From a virus (Duplodnaviria > Caudoviricetes), in IMG/VR virus record IMGVR_UViG_3300022848_000005: 64,000 bases of DNA; one strand, given 5' to 3'. Under the pieces are notes generated by a model. It was not told the DNA's origin. It made no database searches and saw nothing but the letters and a program-made list of their open reading frames with translations. Shown here piece after piece: positions 29,636 to 39,066 of this stretch; position 1 is the stretch's first letter, and each line of letters opens with the position of its first letter. The position numbers and the translations under genes were made by a program.

Positions 29636-31003
29636 ATGATTTTTGCCGCATTTATATTAACTGTTGCACTTGCTATTAGCGGTATTGCCGCTTTTTATAG
29701 CATTATCGGGCTTATAGCAATATTTGCCGCGGCTGCCGTACCTGTTATTGTTATGGGCGGAGCACTTGAAACTGGTAAGATTGTTGCTACAGTTTGGTTA
29801 CACCAAAATTGGAAACGAATGCCGGTGGCATTCAAACTTTATCTAATACCTGCAATTGCTATATTGATGTTTGTTACCAGTATGGGTATCTTTGGTTTCT
29901 TATCCAAAGCACATATCGAACAGACTGCAATGAGCGATGAGCAACGTGCAGAAGTAACTCAGTTAGCAAGTAAAATAATCAGAAGTGAGGCTAAGATTGC
30001 TAGATGGAACACAGAACTTGGCAGACTCAGTAAAGGTGAAGATCAGCGTGTAGATAATCTGGTAGACCGGAACCAAGACACACTTAACGAAGTACGGGGA
30101 CAGATTACTCAGGAAAAAGCAAATGCTCGTACTGATGCAGAGAAACAAATAGCATTACAGCAAAAGCGTTTAGAGCAAGCCTTAGATCGTAAAGACGCAG
30201 ACATCAAAGCGGCACAGGTCAGAAAGACAGCAGACATTGCGGCCGCACAGGCTAGATATCAAAACTCCTTTAATAAAAAAGGGCTAGACGACGCAATAAA
30301 AGAAGCCCAGACAACTGAACTAGCAACAACAGAAACAGCAAAACGCAACGAACTAAGTGTTGCCAGCGCCGCCCAACGTGAAATTAAAAACATCAACACA
30401 ACACTGAATACTCGTCTTAATACGATCGACCAAAAGTATGCTGATGGTTTAGCATCAACAAATGCTAGAATACAAAATTTGCGTAATGCCGCTACTACTA
30501 AAACAGATGACATAGACGGCAAAATAGATGAATTTGAAAACCTAGTAGATTCTGAACAGTTGGAAATAGACAAACTTAATGAAGAAATTGCTGTCTACGA
30601 AAAGGAATATCGTAAACTAGAAGCAGAAGTAGGTCCAATTAAGTATGTTGCCGCAGTAATTTACGGTGACAATCCTGATGTTAATATGTTGGAACGTGCT
30701 GTTCGTTGGGTAATTTTACTGCTGGTTGTGGTATTTGATCCATTGGCACTTACACTGATACTTGCCGCAACCAAACAATTCCAATGGGCTAGAGAGGAAA
30801 AACAGAGTCCCACACATGCACACAGAGAGTACACTAAAGAAGATGATGATCTTATGAATGAAATGTACCCTCCGAATATAGAACCTGAAGTAAAAATTGA
30901 AAGGGTCTATGTTGAGGCAAACGTAGACACTTCCATGCCTGCAGATGTAGCAGATCTAGAGGGTAACGTTAATGATAAACTAAGGAAAAAGAATAATGGC
31001 TAA
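29636..31003 (+). CDS. Membrane protein with long coiled coil
   Basis: Three or four N-terminal TM segments, coiled coil, C-terminal TM (WVILLLVVVFDPLA). Confidence 0.7.
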   Translation: MIFAAFILTVALAISGIAAFYSIIGLIAIFAAAAVPVIVMGGALETGKIVATVWLHQNWKRMPVAFKLYLIPAIAILMFVTSMGIFGFLSKAHIEQTAMSDEQRAEVTQLASKIIRSEAKIARWNTELGRLSKGEDQRVDNLVDRNQDTLNEVRGQITQEKANARTDAEKQIALQQKRLEQALDRKDADIKAAQVRKTADIAAAQARYQNSFNKKGLDDAIKEAQTTELATTETAKRNELSVASAAQREIKNINTTLNTRLNTIDQKYADGLASTNARIQNLRNAATTKTDDIDGKIDEFENLVDSEQLEIDKLNEEIAVYEKEYRKLEAEVGPIKYVAAVIYGDNPDVNMLERAVRWVILLLVVVFDPLALTLILAATKQFQWAREEKQSPTHAHREYTKEDDDLMNEMYPPNIEPEVKIERVYVEANVDTSMPADVADLEGNVNDKLRKKNNG

Positions 31004-31223
31004 GCCACAACAGGAAATTGATGGAATTTGGGCAAAGTATAAGAATACCCTGGCACAACTCAACGAGGTATTGGACGATAATGAAGCACTGAAAAATGAA
31101 CTCAACGAGGCTTTGGACGAGAATGAAGCACTGAAAAGTGAACTTGATCTTGACTTTACAATGCCAGCAGATATTGCAGAACTAGAAGCAAAAATCAATT
31201 CACGTTTAGGAACAGATGCATAA
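30996..31223 (+). CDS. Coiled-coil protein with tandem 14-aa repeat
   Basis: LNEVLDDNEALKNE / LNEALDENEALKSE. Confidence 0.55.
   Translation: MAKPQQEIDGIWAKYKNTLAQLNEVLDDNEALKNELNEALDENEALKSELDLDFTMPADIAELEAKINSRLGTDA
31059..31142 (+). repeat. 42-bp tandem repeat, two imperfect copies
   Basis: ctcaacgagg...aatgaagcactgaaaa at 31059 and 31101. Confidence 0.85.
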
Positions 31224-31755
31224 GCATCAAGAAACAGTAGAGAGCATTTGGCGCAAATATCAAATAGCTCTACAGCGATTAGATAAGGCTTTAGACGAAC
31301 TAGAGCGTAAGCCTAAAGAAGTCGTTGTTGAAAAGGTAGTAGAGGTGTTTGTAGAGATCGAAAAGTTTGTTGAGGTAGAAGTAGAAAAAATAAAAGAGGT
31401 TGTTAAACCTGAATACTTTAGACTAGTTAAAGAAGAACTAGGTCTACAAGCAGACAATAACGATGCTCGGTACGCTAGTAAAACAGGCTTTGGTATTAAA
31501 TTTCCAGAGCACCCCAACAAAGGCGACATGTTTTTACGTGTCGACAGTAAACCAACTAAATTATTCAAATACAATGGTAATAAATGGATAGAAGTTGACA
31601 AAGATAACACAGACATTTATACTTACGATGAAGAATATTTAAAGCACTTAATAGATCGTATTAACAAAGGCGATTATACACTAGAAGAACTAACTGTAAC
31701 TGAACAAGAACAACTCAAACGTTATCTAAAAAAGGAGACAGTCCTTGGTAAGTGA
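31216..31755 (+). CDS. Hypothetical protein
   Basis: N-terminus similar to the previous gene; GIKFP..P.KGDMFLRVD domain. Confidence 0.6.
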   Translation: MHKHQETVESIWRKYQIALQRLDKALDELERKPKEVVVEKVVEVFVEIEKFVEVEVEKIKEVVKPEYFRLVKEELGLQADNNDARYASKTGFGIKFPEHPNKGDMFLRVDSKPTKLFKYNGNKWIEVDKDNTDIYTYDEEYLKHLIDRINKGDYTLEELTVTEQEQLKRYLKKETVLGK

Positions 31756-32077
31756 AATTAATATTATATCGGCACCAGACAGACTGGACAGAGACAGTAA
31801 AAAGTTTTTGTTGTTTGATATAAACATGGACGAGCTCATGGGAGTTAAGGAAACCTTTACTAACTTCGATATGAATATTGATTTTTATATATACGGAAGT
31901 TATAGCGATGATGTAAAATGGCTAAGTAAAGTTGCTGAGATTGTGGACTACACTATAGTAAACAATACACAGTTAACAGAACATATAGATTTAAAAACAG
32001 AGTTACTTAAGAGTAAAAAAGCAATCTCAACAGACAGCCAAACCGTTTTAGAACTAATTTTAGAAAGATGCCAATGA
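31745..32077 (+). CDS. Hypothetical protein
   Basis: 110-aa ORF in the operon. Confidence 0.55.
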   Translation: MVSEINIISAPDRLDRDSKKFLLFDINMDELMGVKETFTNFDMNIDFYIYGSYSDDVKWLSKVAEIVDYTIVNNTQLTEHIDLKTELLKSKKAISTDSQTVLELILERCQ

Positions 32078-33297
32078 ACACCAAGGATAAGCCAGAAGTA
32101 GTATGTAATTTCTGCGGCAAAAATAAAAGTGAAGTAGAAACGTTAATAATAAGCAATGATGTTGGTATTTGTGATGAATGTACAGAATTATGTACTAATA
32201 TCTTAGCGAAAGAAAAACAAGATAAAATCATACCAGAATTAAAGATCGCTGAGACCCTAGACCCTGTGGGAATAAAGAAACATTTAGACGAACACATTAT
32301 TGGGCAGGATGAGGCAAAAACAGCTATTGCTGTAGCCGTGGTCAATCATTATAAAAGAGTGTTTAACAATACCAACATCAAGTTGGATAAGAGTAATTTA
32401 TTATTGTTTGGTCCTACGGGAACAGGCAAAACATTATTAGCTAAGACTATCGCAGAATACCTCAAGGTGCCATTTGTTATTACTGATGCAACTAGTTTAA
32501 CCGAAGCTGGTTACGTGGGCGAAGATGTAGAGAACGTTATAGAGCGTTTATTAGCAGAAGCAGGATTCGATCCCAGGAAATGTGAACAGGGTATTGTGTT
32601 TATTGATGAGATAGATAAAATTGCACGTAAAGGCGAATCAAGTACTACTAGCAAGGACGTCTCAGGAGAGGGCGTTCAACAAGCACTTTTAAAGCTCGTT
32701 GAGGGCACCAAATGCAAAATATCAGTAAAAGCAAGCAAGAAAATGGTCGTTAGTGAGAGTGTAGACATAGACACAAGTAATATACTCTTTATCGCTGGTG
32801 GTGCATTTGTGGACTTAGAGAAAATTATCGAAAAACGTATCAATGCCACTGCTATTGGTTTTGGCAGCAAACTTAAAAGTAAAGGAACAGATAGAAGTCA
32901 GATTATACACGAGGACTTTGTTAAGTTTGGTATGATACCAGAATTTACGGGCAGATTTCCTGTTATAGTGCATACAAATGACTTGACACTAGACGACTAT
33001 GTTGCTATACTTAAAGAGCCTAAACACAATTTATTAGCACAAATGAAATTTTACTTTGGTGTTGATAACATTAAATTAAACTTTGATAGTGGTTCATTAA
33101 GAGCCATTGCCGAAGAAGCAGTAAAATTAAAAGTAGGTGCTCGAGGACTTAAGGCTGTGTTAGAACGAATATTACAGCCTTATATGTTTGACATGGCCGA
33201 AATTAAAAAGAATCACATTAAGAGTATTACTATTACCGAAAAAGTTATTAAGGACAACAAAAAAGCAAACTTTAAATATGAAATACCAAAAAAATAA
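32068..33297 (+). CDS. clpX: ATP-dependent Clp protease ATPase subunit ClpX
   Basis: Zinc finger CNFC/CDEC, GPTGTGKT, GYVGED, DEID, DVSGEGVQQ, IGF loop. Confidence 0.93.
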   Translation: MPMNTKDKPEVVCNFCGKNKSEVETLIISNDVGICDECTELCTNILAKEKQDKIIPELKIAETLDPVGIKKHLDEHIIGQDEAKTAIAVAVVNHYKRVFNNTNIKLDKSNLLLFGPTGTGKTLLAKTIAEYLKVPFVITDATSLTEAGYVGEDVENVIERLLAEAGFDPRKCEQGIVFIDEIDKIARKGESSTTSKDVSGEGVQQALLKLVEGTKCKISVKASKKMVVSESVDIDTSNILFIAGGAFVDLEKIIEKRINATAIGFGSKLKSKGTDRSQIIHEDFVKFGMIPEFTGRFPVIVHTNDLTLDDYVAILKEPKHNLLAQMKFYFGVDNIKLNFDSGSLRAIAEEAVKLKVGARGLKAVLERILQPYMFDMAEIKKNHIKSITITEKVIKDNKKANFKYEIPKK

Positions 33298-33529
33298 TCA
33301 ATTTGATGCACACCTATCAGGCACATCAGTGTTCGTTAAAGATGGTAATGTGGAAACAGCATTACGCAAACTAAAGAAAAAAGTGCAAGAAAGCGGAAAA
33401 TTACAACAGGTGCAGGATAAAACTGAGTATATTAAACCAACAACTCTCCGCAAACGAAAAGCCGCCCAAGCACGTAAACGTTGGCTTAAACAACTTGCTT
33501 TGGAAAAATTACCCGAAAAGAAATATTGA
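33278..33529 (+). CDS. rpsU: 30S ribosomal protein S21 homolog
   Basis: VKDGNVETALRKLKKKV...EYIKPTTLRKRK; start moved to ATG 33278. Confidence 0.85.
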   Translation: MKYQKNNQFDAHLSGTSVFVKDGNVETALRKLKKKVQESGKLQQVQDKTEYIKPTTLRKRKAAQARKRWLKQLALEKLPEKKY

Positions 33530-33554
33530 CTTATACAGAAAGACCCTGTATAAA
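33526..33554 (+). promoter_or_regulatory. sigma70-type promoter upstream of the small HSP gene
   Basis: TTGACT(33526)-17 bp-TATAAT(33549). Confidence 0.7.
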
Positions 33555-33618
33555 TAAATGTGTACAAAGGATGAACCGGAGTACATTTACCGGCACGCCG
33601 AAAGGGTGCTACAATTAA

Positions 33619-33639
33619 TCTTGCTTAATATTAAGGAGA
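33619..33639 (+). promoter_or_regulatory. ROSE-like RNA thermometer hairpin
   Basis: UCUUGCUUAA-UA-UUAAGGAGA: the UUGCU motif pairs with the SD AGGAG, leaving a bulged G. Confidence 0.65.
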
Positions 33640-33644
33640 AAACA

Positions 33645-34097
33645 ATGACAAGACTAACAACTCTAGACCTACCACACTTCCACAGAGCCACTATTGGCTT
33701 TGATAGACTGTTTAACGAAATGGAAAGACAATTTGCAAATAGTCCAAATGGAAATGGTTACCCCCCATACAACATAGCACAAATTAACGAAGATGAGTAT
33801 ATGATTTCGTTAGCAGTTGCTGGCTTTGGTATGGAGAATCTTGAGGTTACTACAGATGGTGATCAACTAAAGATTGAAGGAACTGCTCCTAAAGGAGACG
33901 AAGATGTCAACTACCTACACAAAGGTATTGGCGGCCGCAACTTCCGCAGAGAGTTCACACTCGCTGACCATGTTAAGGTAGCAAACGCTACACTTGAGTT
34001 GGGTATGTTGAATGTGCATTTAGTGCGTGAAGTACCAGACGCATTAAAACCTAAAACAATCAAGATCACTGATTCAACAGTAACCGACAGCAAATAA
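33645..34097 (+). CDS. ibpA: Small heat-shock protein (Hsp20/IbpA family)
   Basis: IGFDRLF, YPPYNI, LAVAGF, YLHKGI, LGMLNVHL, KPKTIKI; SD-supported start 33645. Confidence 0.9.
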   Translation: MTRLTTLDLPHFHRATIGFDRLFNEMERQFANSPNGNGYPPYNIAQINEDEYMISLAVAGFGMENLEVTTDGDQLKIEGTAPKGDEDVNYLHKGIGGRNFRREFTLADHVKVANATLELGMLNVHLVREVPDALKPKTIKITDSTVTDSK

Positions 34098-34105
34098 ACA
34101 GTCTA

Positions 34106-34127
34106 GGGGGAGTGAAATATCTCCCCC
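34106..34127 (+). terminator. GC hairpin after the small HSP gene
   Basis: gggggag-tgaaatat-ctccccc; no clear U-tract. Confidence 0.45.
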
Positions 34128-34142
34128 ACATATAGAAAGACA

Positions 34143-34451
34143 GTGATGCCAGACATAAAAGAAGTAGATTCAAAACCAGCAGTAAATGAGAAGGTTAAAG
34201 AACCGTCAATGTTTAATGTTATCTATCTAAATGATAACGAAACCACTGTAGAATTTGTAATTACCACTTTAATCTCAATATTTTCTTACGACCCAACTGA
34301 TGCTACCGATATAACACAAAAAATACACGAGTATGGCAGTGCAATTGTAGCAACTTATCCATACGAAATTGCAGAACAAAAAGGCGTGGAAGTAACACTA
34401 CTTGCACGTAATCATAATTTTCCGTTACAAGTAAAACTAGAAGCAGATTAA
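34143..34451 (+). CDS. clpS: N-degron adaptor ClpS
   Basis: NVIYLNDNETTVEFV, IHEYGSAIVATYPYEIAEQK, FPLQV. Confidence 0.9.
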   Translation: MMPDIKEVDSKPAVNEKVKEPSMFNVIYLNDNETTVEFVITTLISIFSYDPTDATDITQKIHEYGSAIVATYPYEIAEQKGVEVTLLARNHNFPLQVKLEAD

Positions 34452-34452
34452 T

Positions 34453-34980
34453 ATGGATGTAATGATAGATATCGAAACTCTGGCAACTCAGCCCGACGCA
34501 GTTATACTCACAATAGGTGCGTTGAAGTTTGATCCCAAATCAAACGCTGAAGGTAACACCATTTACCATAGGCTAGATGTAGATTCTCAAATTAAAATGG
34601 GACGTCGTGTCGACGAAGACACTTGTGCTTGGTGGGGCAAACAAACACTGGCAGTTAGAGAAGAAGCTTTGGGAACGAGTAACAGAGATCCACTCGATGT
34701 GGTATTTGACAGCATATCAAGATTTATGGTTGGCGTAGATAATATATGGGCACAAGGCCCGGTATTTGATATTGCATTAATGGAGAACCTATTGCGTCAA
34801 GTTAAAAGACCTTGTCCATGGCACTACTGGCAAATTAGAGATTCTAGAACATTATTCAAATTACTCAACGAAGATCCAAGACCCAAAAATTTTGAAGGTG
34901 CGCATAATGCACTAACTGACTGTTACTATCAGGCCAAGGCAGTTCAAAAAGTTTTTAGACAACTAGGCCTTAATCGTTAA
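34453..34980 (+). CDS. DEDDh 3'-5' exonuclease
   Basis: MIDIETL, FDIALM, RDSRTL, HNALTD. Confidence 0.85.
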   Translation: MDVMIDIETLATQPDAVILTIGALKFDPKSNAEGNTIYHRLDVDSQIKMGRRVDEDTCAWWGKQTLAVREEALGTSNRDPLDVVFDSISRFMVGVDNIWAQGPVFDIALMENLLRQVKRPCPWHYWQIRDSRTLFKLLNEDPRPKNFEGAHNALTDCYYQAKAVQKVFRQLGLNR

Positions 34981-35008
34981 ATATTGTATTAATATATAGG
35001 AAAAAACA

Positions 35009-35602
35009 ATGACTAAGTCGCAAAAGAAAGTTGGATTTGCACTGTTAATCGCATTTTTTATATCAGCGTTAATGTTTATTGGCTGGTTAATTACTACGTC
35101 AGTGTTGGCACAAGAGTACACAGAAGATAACCCTCTTCAATTAGAAGATGGGACGGAACTAACAGGTGACATATTAGATATTACCCCACACCCTACCAGT
35201 AGATACGGCCAACTGGAGAACGACACCAAAGGCTGGCGACAAGTGGGTCATGTAGATAATAGACGATTGTATCTTAACATAGATAAAATTGAGAAAGTCA
35301 CAATATATAGACACGTTTGGGTAATGTTTGAATTTACAGATGGTCCAAAAGTAATACCAGGATACGCCGTGGGTGTTATCAAAGTAGTTAGTGAAGCAAC
35401 TATTGAGTGCTCAAGTGGGCTAGTGCAACCTTTGCGAGATTATTATGTTGACAAAGACTGGGTTATCAGAACACAAACAATTTATGAAACTGGACAAGCA
35501 AGGAGTTTTGCTAAAGCCAAAGGCAGTATTGCATGGGCAATGAAAGCGGTGGCATGTCATGGTGCTTCAATAGAAGATGTACAGATAGGAAAAGGCGCAT
35601 GA
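35009..35602 (+). CDS. Membrane-anchored exported protein
   Basis: N-terminal TM helix; beta-rich domain with two Cys. Confidence 0.55.
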   Translation: MTKSQKKVGFALLIAFFISALMFIGWLITTSVLAQEYTEDNPLQLEDGTELTGDILDITPHPTSRYGQLENDTKGWRQVGHVDNRRLYLNIDKIEKVTIYRHVWVMFEFTDGPKVIPGYAVGVIKVVSEATIECSSGLVQPLRDYYVDKDWVIRTQTIYETGQARSFAKAKGSIAWAMKAVACHGASIEDVQIGKGA

Positions 35603-35934
35603 ATGTAGTTTTTACTAAGGAATCGGCAGACAAGTTAGCGGAAACTTACACAGTATTACCGTTACCCCCAATCACACAAACAGAGGGAGAAAAAACTGTC
35701 ACAGTGGAACCTCACGTTATTATAGACATGGATAAAGTACCATTGCAAGAAATATCAAGTCTAGAAGAATGGTGTGGTCTACACAGAGAGGTGGTTAAGA
35801 ACCATATTAAACAGGATTATAGTTTTTGTGAACAAGCCATAAGTCATCTGATGGGGAAATTTAAAGGCGAACTAGACAGTTATTATAAACACATACTAAC
35901 AGAGGCGGGGAATTCATCTGATGATGTATATTGA
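35599..35934 (+). CDS. Stand-alone protein resembling the adenylate cyclase C-terminal tail
   Basis: KFKGELDSYY aligns with AFSGELEQYY of 45542-47572; start 35599. Confidence 0.5.
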   Translation: MNVVFTKESADKLAETYTVLPLPPITQTEGEKTVTVEPHVIIDMDKVPLQEISSLEEWCGLHREVVKNHIKQDYSFCEQAISHLMGKFKGELDSYYKHILTEAGNSSDDVY

Positions 35935-36460
35935 GCAATTAGATATCCCCAGTATACCTAAGGAAGTAATATCAGAACTGTTACAAACAAATCCAGATAC
36001 CGGTATATACTCTTATAAGTTTGATCCAGAGTTCAGTAATGTGGCAACGTTTAAAATTTACAACGTGGATTTGTCTCGTCTTAAAACAACGTGGTTTAAA
36101 GATAATGGACAGGACAAGTTTAACTGGATAATACAGATACTGGAAAAAGGTTCCTATCTTGTGCCTCACAGAGACGACCATAGAGACTTTACTATATCGT
36201 ATATTATTGATCCTGGTGGGGATAATGTTAGTACTTGTTTTTATAAAAAATTGTTAGATAAACAATATCTACCAATTAAAGCAGTACCCAGAGACGAGAT
36301 AGAACTAGTGTATTCTAAAGTATTAAAGCGTGATAAATGGTATAAGTTATCAGTACAGGAGATACACAGTGTTGAAAACTTAGAGTCTATTAGAGTATGT
36401 TTAATAAGGCAATTACCTGAAGAACCTATATTCTATGGAAATGTGCCTATTTCAAAATAG
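35921..36460 (+). CDS. 2OG-Fe(II) oxygenase-like protein
   Basis: VPHRD (HxD), IHSVEN, RVCL. Confidence 0.65.
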   Translation: MMYIEQLDIPSIPKEVISELLQTNPDTGIYSYKFDPEFSNVATFKIYNVDLSRLKTTWFKDNGQDKFNWIIQILEKGSYLVPHRDDHRDFTISYIIDPGGDNVSTCFYKKLLDKQYLPIKAVPRDEIELVYSKVLKRDKWYKLSVQEIHSVENLESIRVCLIRQLPEEPIFYGNVPISK

Positions 36461-36500
36461 GCATAAATACATTGAATAACTAATTTAAGGATTGACCGAC

Positions 36501-37124
36501 ATGGCAAAGCAAGTATTAAGTTTAGGGGAAGGTGTTACGGTTCGTAATGTAGATTACGATTTCGAAAGTCAGACTACAAGTCAGGAAGGTGCAAACGGAC
36601 ATACCTACTTGGCCTTAGGGGCTGGCCCCACCGATGGGATGACCAAGACAATTACAGATAATGCTGTTGTTAGTAATGCGTTATCATATGAATTCTTGCA
36701 ATTGATATATGGCGTAGGATTAAGTGTTGACTCTATAGAAATATATAAGATTCCTCAAAACTACGATGGATATCCACAAAATTCAACAACTGCTGGTGAA
36801 ATGTGTGTTATTGTAGAACAATGGGGCGGGGATGCCCTGGTCACAGGATCTTATGATGTAACTGGTAAGACTGCTACTGAGCAGGGCGGCGCCTGCAATG
36901 TTTATGTTAACGATGGCGCAGGCACAGAAGAAGCAAACTGGAAATACTGTAGTGAACTTACAGCAATAGACTCAGTAACTGATAGCACACCTACCATAAT
37001 GCAATTTAATCTGCCTACTAACAGCACAAATGGCGCTGGTGCAGTAGGCTGGGCAGTATGTGTGTTCCTAATAGGGGCGACTACACTGGCAGAACATCAA
37101 ACAGCATTAGCTGATTACATTTAA
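36501..37124 (+). CDS. Putative virion protein
   Basis: ATAAATA at 36463, ATG at 36501; T/G/N-rich. Confidence 0.5.
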   Translation: MAKQVLSLGEGVTVRNVDYDFESQTTSQEGANGHTYLALGAGPTDGMTKTITDNAVVSNALSYEFLQLIYGVGLSVDSIEIYKIPQNYDGYPQNSTTAGEMCVIVEQWGGDALVTGSYDVTGKTATEQGGACNVYVNDGAGTEEANWKYCSELTAIDSVTDSTPTIMQFNLPTNSTNGAGAVGWAVCVFLIGATTLAEHQTALADYI

Positions 37125-37140
37125 CCGTTGTTAACAAAAT

Positions 37141-37168
37141 AAAAAGGCACGTGATGTGTCTTTTTATT
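37141..37168 (+). terminator. Probable rho-independent terminator
   Basis: aaaaaggcac-gtgat-gtgtc followed by a T-rich tract. Confidence 0.55.
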
Positions 37169-37175
37169 CTTTGCG

Positions 37176-37832
37176 ATGAGATATACCAGATATAAATTTC
37201 CATACCTTGACAATATAATCGATCCTGATGTTGACTTAGACAGTTTACACATTGTTTGGTCTGAGAAATATAAATCTAGGTTTGTGGTTGATTCAAAAAA
37301 CCGTGCAAACCTGCCAGCCGAATACGCCTATAAAATACTTAGTGCAGACTTTTTGTCTTTTATACATAATGAGTTACCTTGGCAAATAAGTCATTTAGAG
37401 ATATATCCCTTACCACCCAACACAAATTGTGTTATTGTACAAGAGGTCGTCGAAGAAAACAGAAATAATATAGGGTTGTATATGACAACAGGTGGCGTGT
37501 CATGGAATATACATGACATAACTGGTTTTAGACGTCGACAGGTTAGTAGGCCAGACTATACAACAGAAGCATGGCCCACATTTTGTGCCTTTTCTAAACC
37601 AGTAACAGATGCTGAGCCATCTGACAAGTGGCTTGATAGTAGCGAAATGCCAATTTTAGAGACATATAAAAATTGTGGTTTTATAGGGAACGGTTCTGTT
37701 CCGCATTCGTTGCGCTCAGACAACTCAGAAAAATCTGTATTTTTTATAATATCGTTTGAGATTGCTTTTGATAATAATATACCATTGCTGTATAAACAAC
37801 TTGGTGATGTATTTAAAAAGTGGGCTATTTAA
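37176..37832 (+). CDS. Hypothetical protein
   Basis: 218-aa ORF; no clear motif. Confidence 0.55.
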   Translation: MRYTRYKFPYLDNIIDPDVDLDSLHIVWSEKYKSRFVVDSKNRANLPAEYAYKILSADFLSFIHNELPWQISHLEIYPLPPNTNCVIVQEVVEENRNNIGLYMTTGGVSWNIHDITGFRRRQVSRPDYTTEAWPTFCAFSKPVTDAEPSDKWLDSSEMPILETYKNCGFIGNGSVPHSLRSDNSEKSVFFIISFEIAFDNNIPLLYKQLGDVFKKWAI

Positions 37833-39018
37833 ATTTCCATCTTTCTCTAAACTGTTTCCCTGCATTACCTGGTAATGTGTTAACACTCCCCAGTTCACCA
37901 TCTATTACTTTTAAGTCAGGGTGTCTTGCATAATGCTGTTGCTTATTCTGTAACAGATTATCCGCTATTTCAAAGTTATCCAATAGCTCTTGCCAACATA
38001 TATCAAATAATGTATTATAAAAGTGATTAAAGTTATAATCTAAAATAGGCAACATTTCTAGATACATCCTACGTTTGTCTGTTGCTGACAAGTTACATAT
38101 ACTTTTTATCTGTTTAATTACCATATCTAATCTAATAGCGGGATCTGTTTCTGTATCGTAACTCTCATCAATAAATCCGTCAAATGTCTTAAAACCATAT
38201 GAACGTAAGTACTCTAAGTTGCCTGTACAGCCTAATAGCATAAACGGTTGTCTAGCAACGATAGGTTTAAATATTTTTTCGGTAAGATGATTTGTTTTTT
38301 CGTAAAAGCAGGTCTCACTGACTATATGCCAAAAACCACTTGTCCAGAGATCGTACTCTAGTTCAGCACTTGCATTGTCACGTAGGTAATTGGTCTTTTG
38401 TATCCTAAAAGTGGGACTACGCTCTGACATCTTTTTAATAAGTTTTTTATCTTGCTCTGAAATAAATGTGTTATTGTCATAGTCCTTAAGATTGTATGAA
38501 ACAACACCTTCCCCTAACAGCCCTTGATCATACAGTTTTGCCACAAACAACGATCTATAAATTCTTGATTCAGAGCACAGGTTATTTAAACTTATATAAC
38601 TTGCTCCTTGACTGACATCGACCCTGGGGGAAAATTTTGCACTTCTAAACCAGTCAAGACTAGCAAATGCATGATAAAAATAATACCATTTAATTAAGTT
38701 ATTCTTGTTACAAAATGCATCTAACAAGGGATTATTAACCTCGCTAGTTGCCCATATATTATACTTTAAATCCCACCTGCCATCTTGTAGTTTACGCACG
38801 ACGTCATACATACTTTGCGGTATCTGCGTACTAATCCCAAAAGGTTCTTGGTCATAAAAATACACATCTTCAAGTTGAAACAGTGAAGAATCTGGATACT
38901 TTAGCATGTCGTTATTTGATTCACACGTATCAAAGCTCTTTAAAGCATGCCCTTGTAAATGCTTATTTGATAACAAGTTGGCGTATAGGATGTCATAATG
39001 GTGGTCAATATTAAACAT
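37825..39018 (-). CDS. Glycan-related protein (glycosyltransferase-like), paralog of 44413-45534
   Basis: IVSET...LTEKIFKPI..RQPF...L..LRSYGFKTF...DESYD. Confidence 0.55.
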   Translation of the reverse strand: MFNIDHHYDILYANLLSNKHLQGHALKSFDTCESNNDMLKYPDSSLFQLEDVYFYDQEPFGISTQIPQSMYDVVRKLQDGRWDLKYNIWATSEVNNPLLDAFCNKNNLIKWYYFYHAFASLDWFRSAKFSPRVDVSQGASYISLNNLCSESRIYRSLFVAKLYDQGLLGEGVVSYNLKDYDNNTFISEQDKKLIKKMSERSPTFRIQKTNYLRDNASAELEYDLWTSGFWHIVSETCFYEKTNHLTEKIFKPIVARQPFMLLGCTGNLEYLRSYGFKTFDGFIDESYDTETDPAIRLDMVIKQIKSICNLSATDKRRMYLEMLPILDYNFNHFYNTLFDICWQELLDNFEIADNLLQNKQQHYARHPDLKVIDGELGSVNTLPGNAGKQFRERWKFK

Positions 39019-39066
39019 ACAAGTGTTTGGGGCCTATTAAGTAGTAAATACAAATAAGTAGTATAT

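Noticed and set aside
33188-33277. N-terminal extension of the S21 ORF; similar extensions at 2584, 8473, 12828, 15435, 33558, 35533, 40494 and 41095
   Set aside because: They overlap upstream genes or regulatory DNA; downstream ATGs fit the SD position, gene packing or domain start better.
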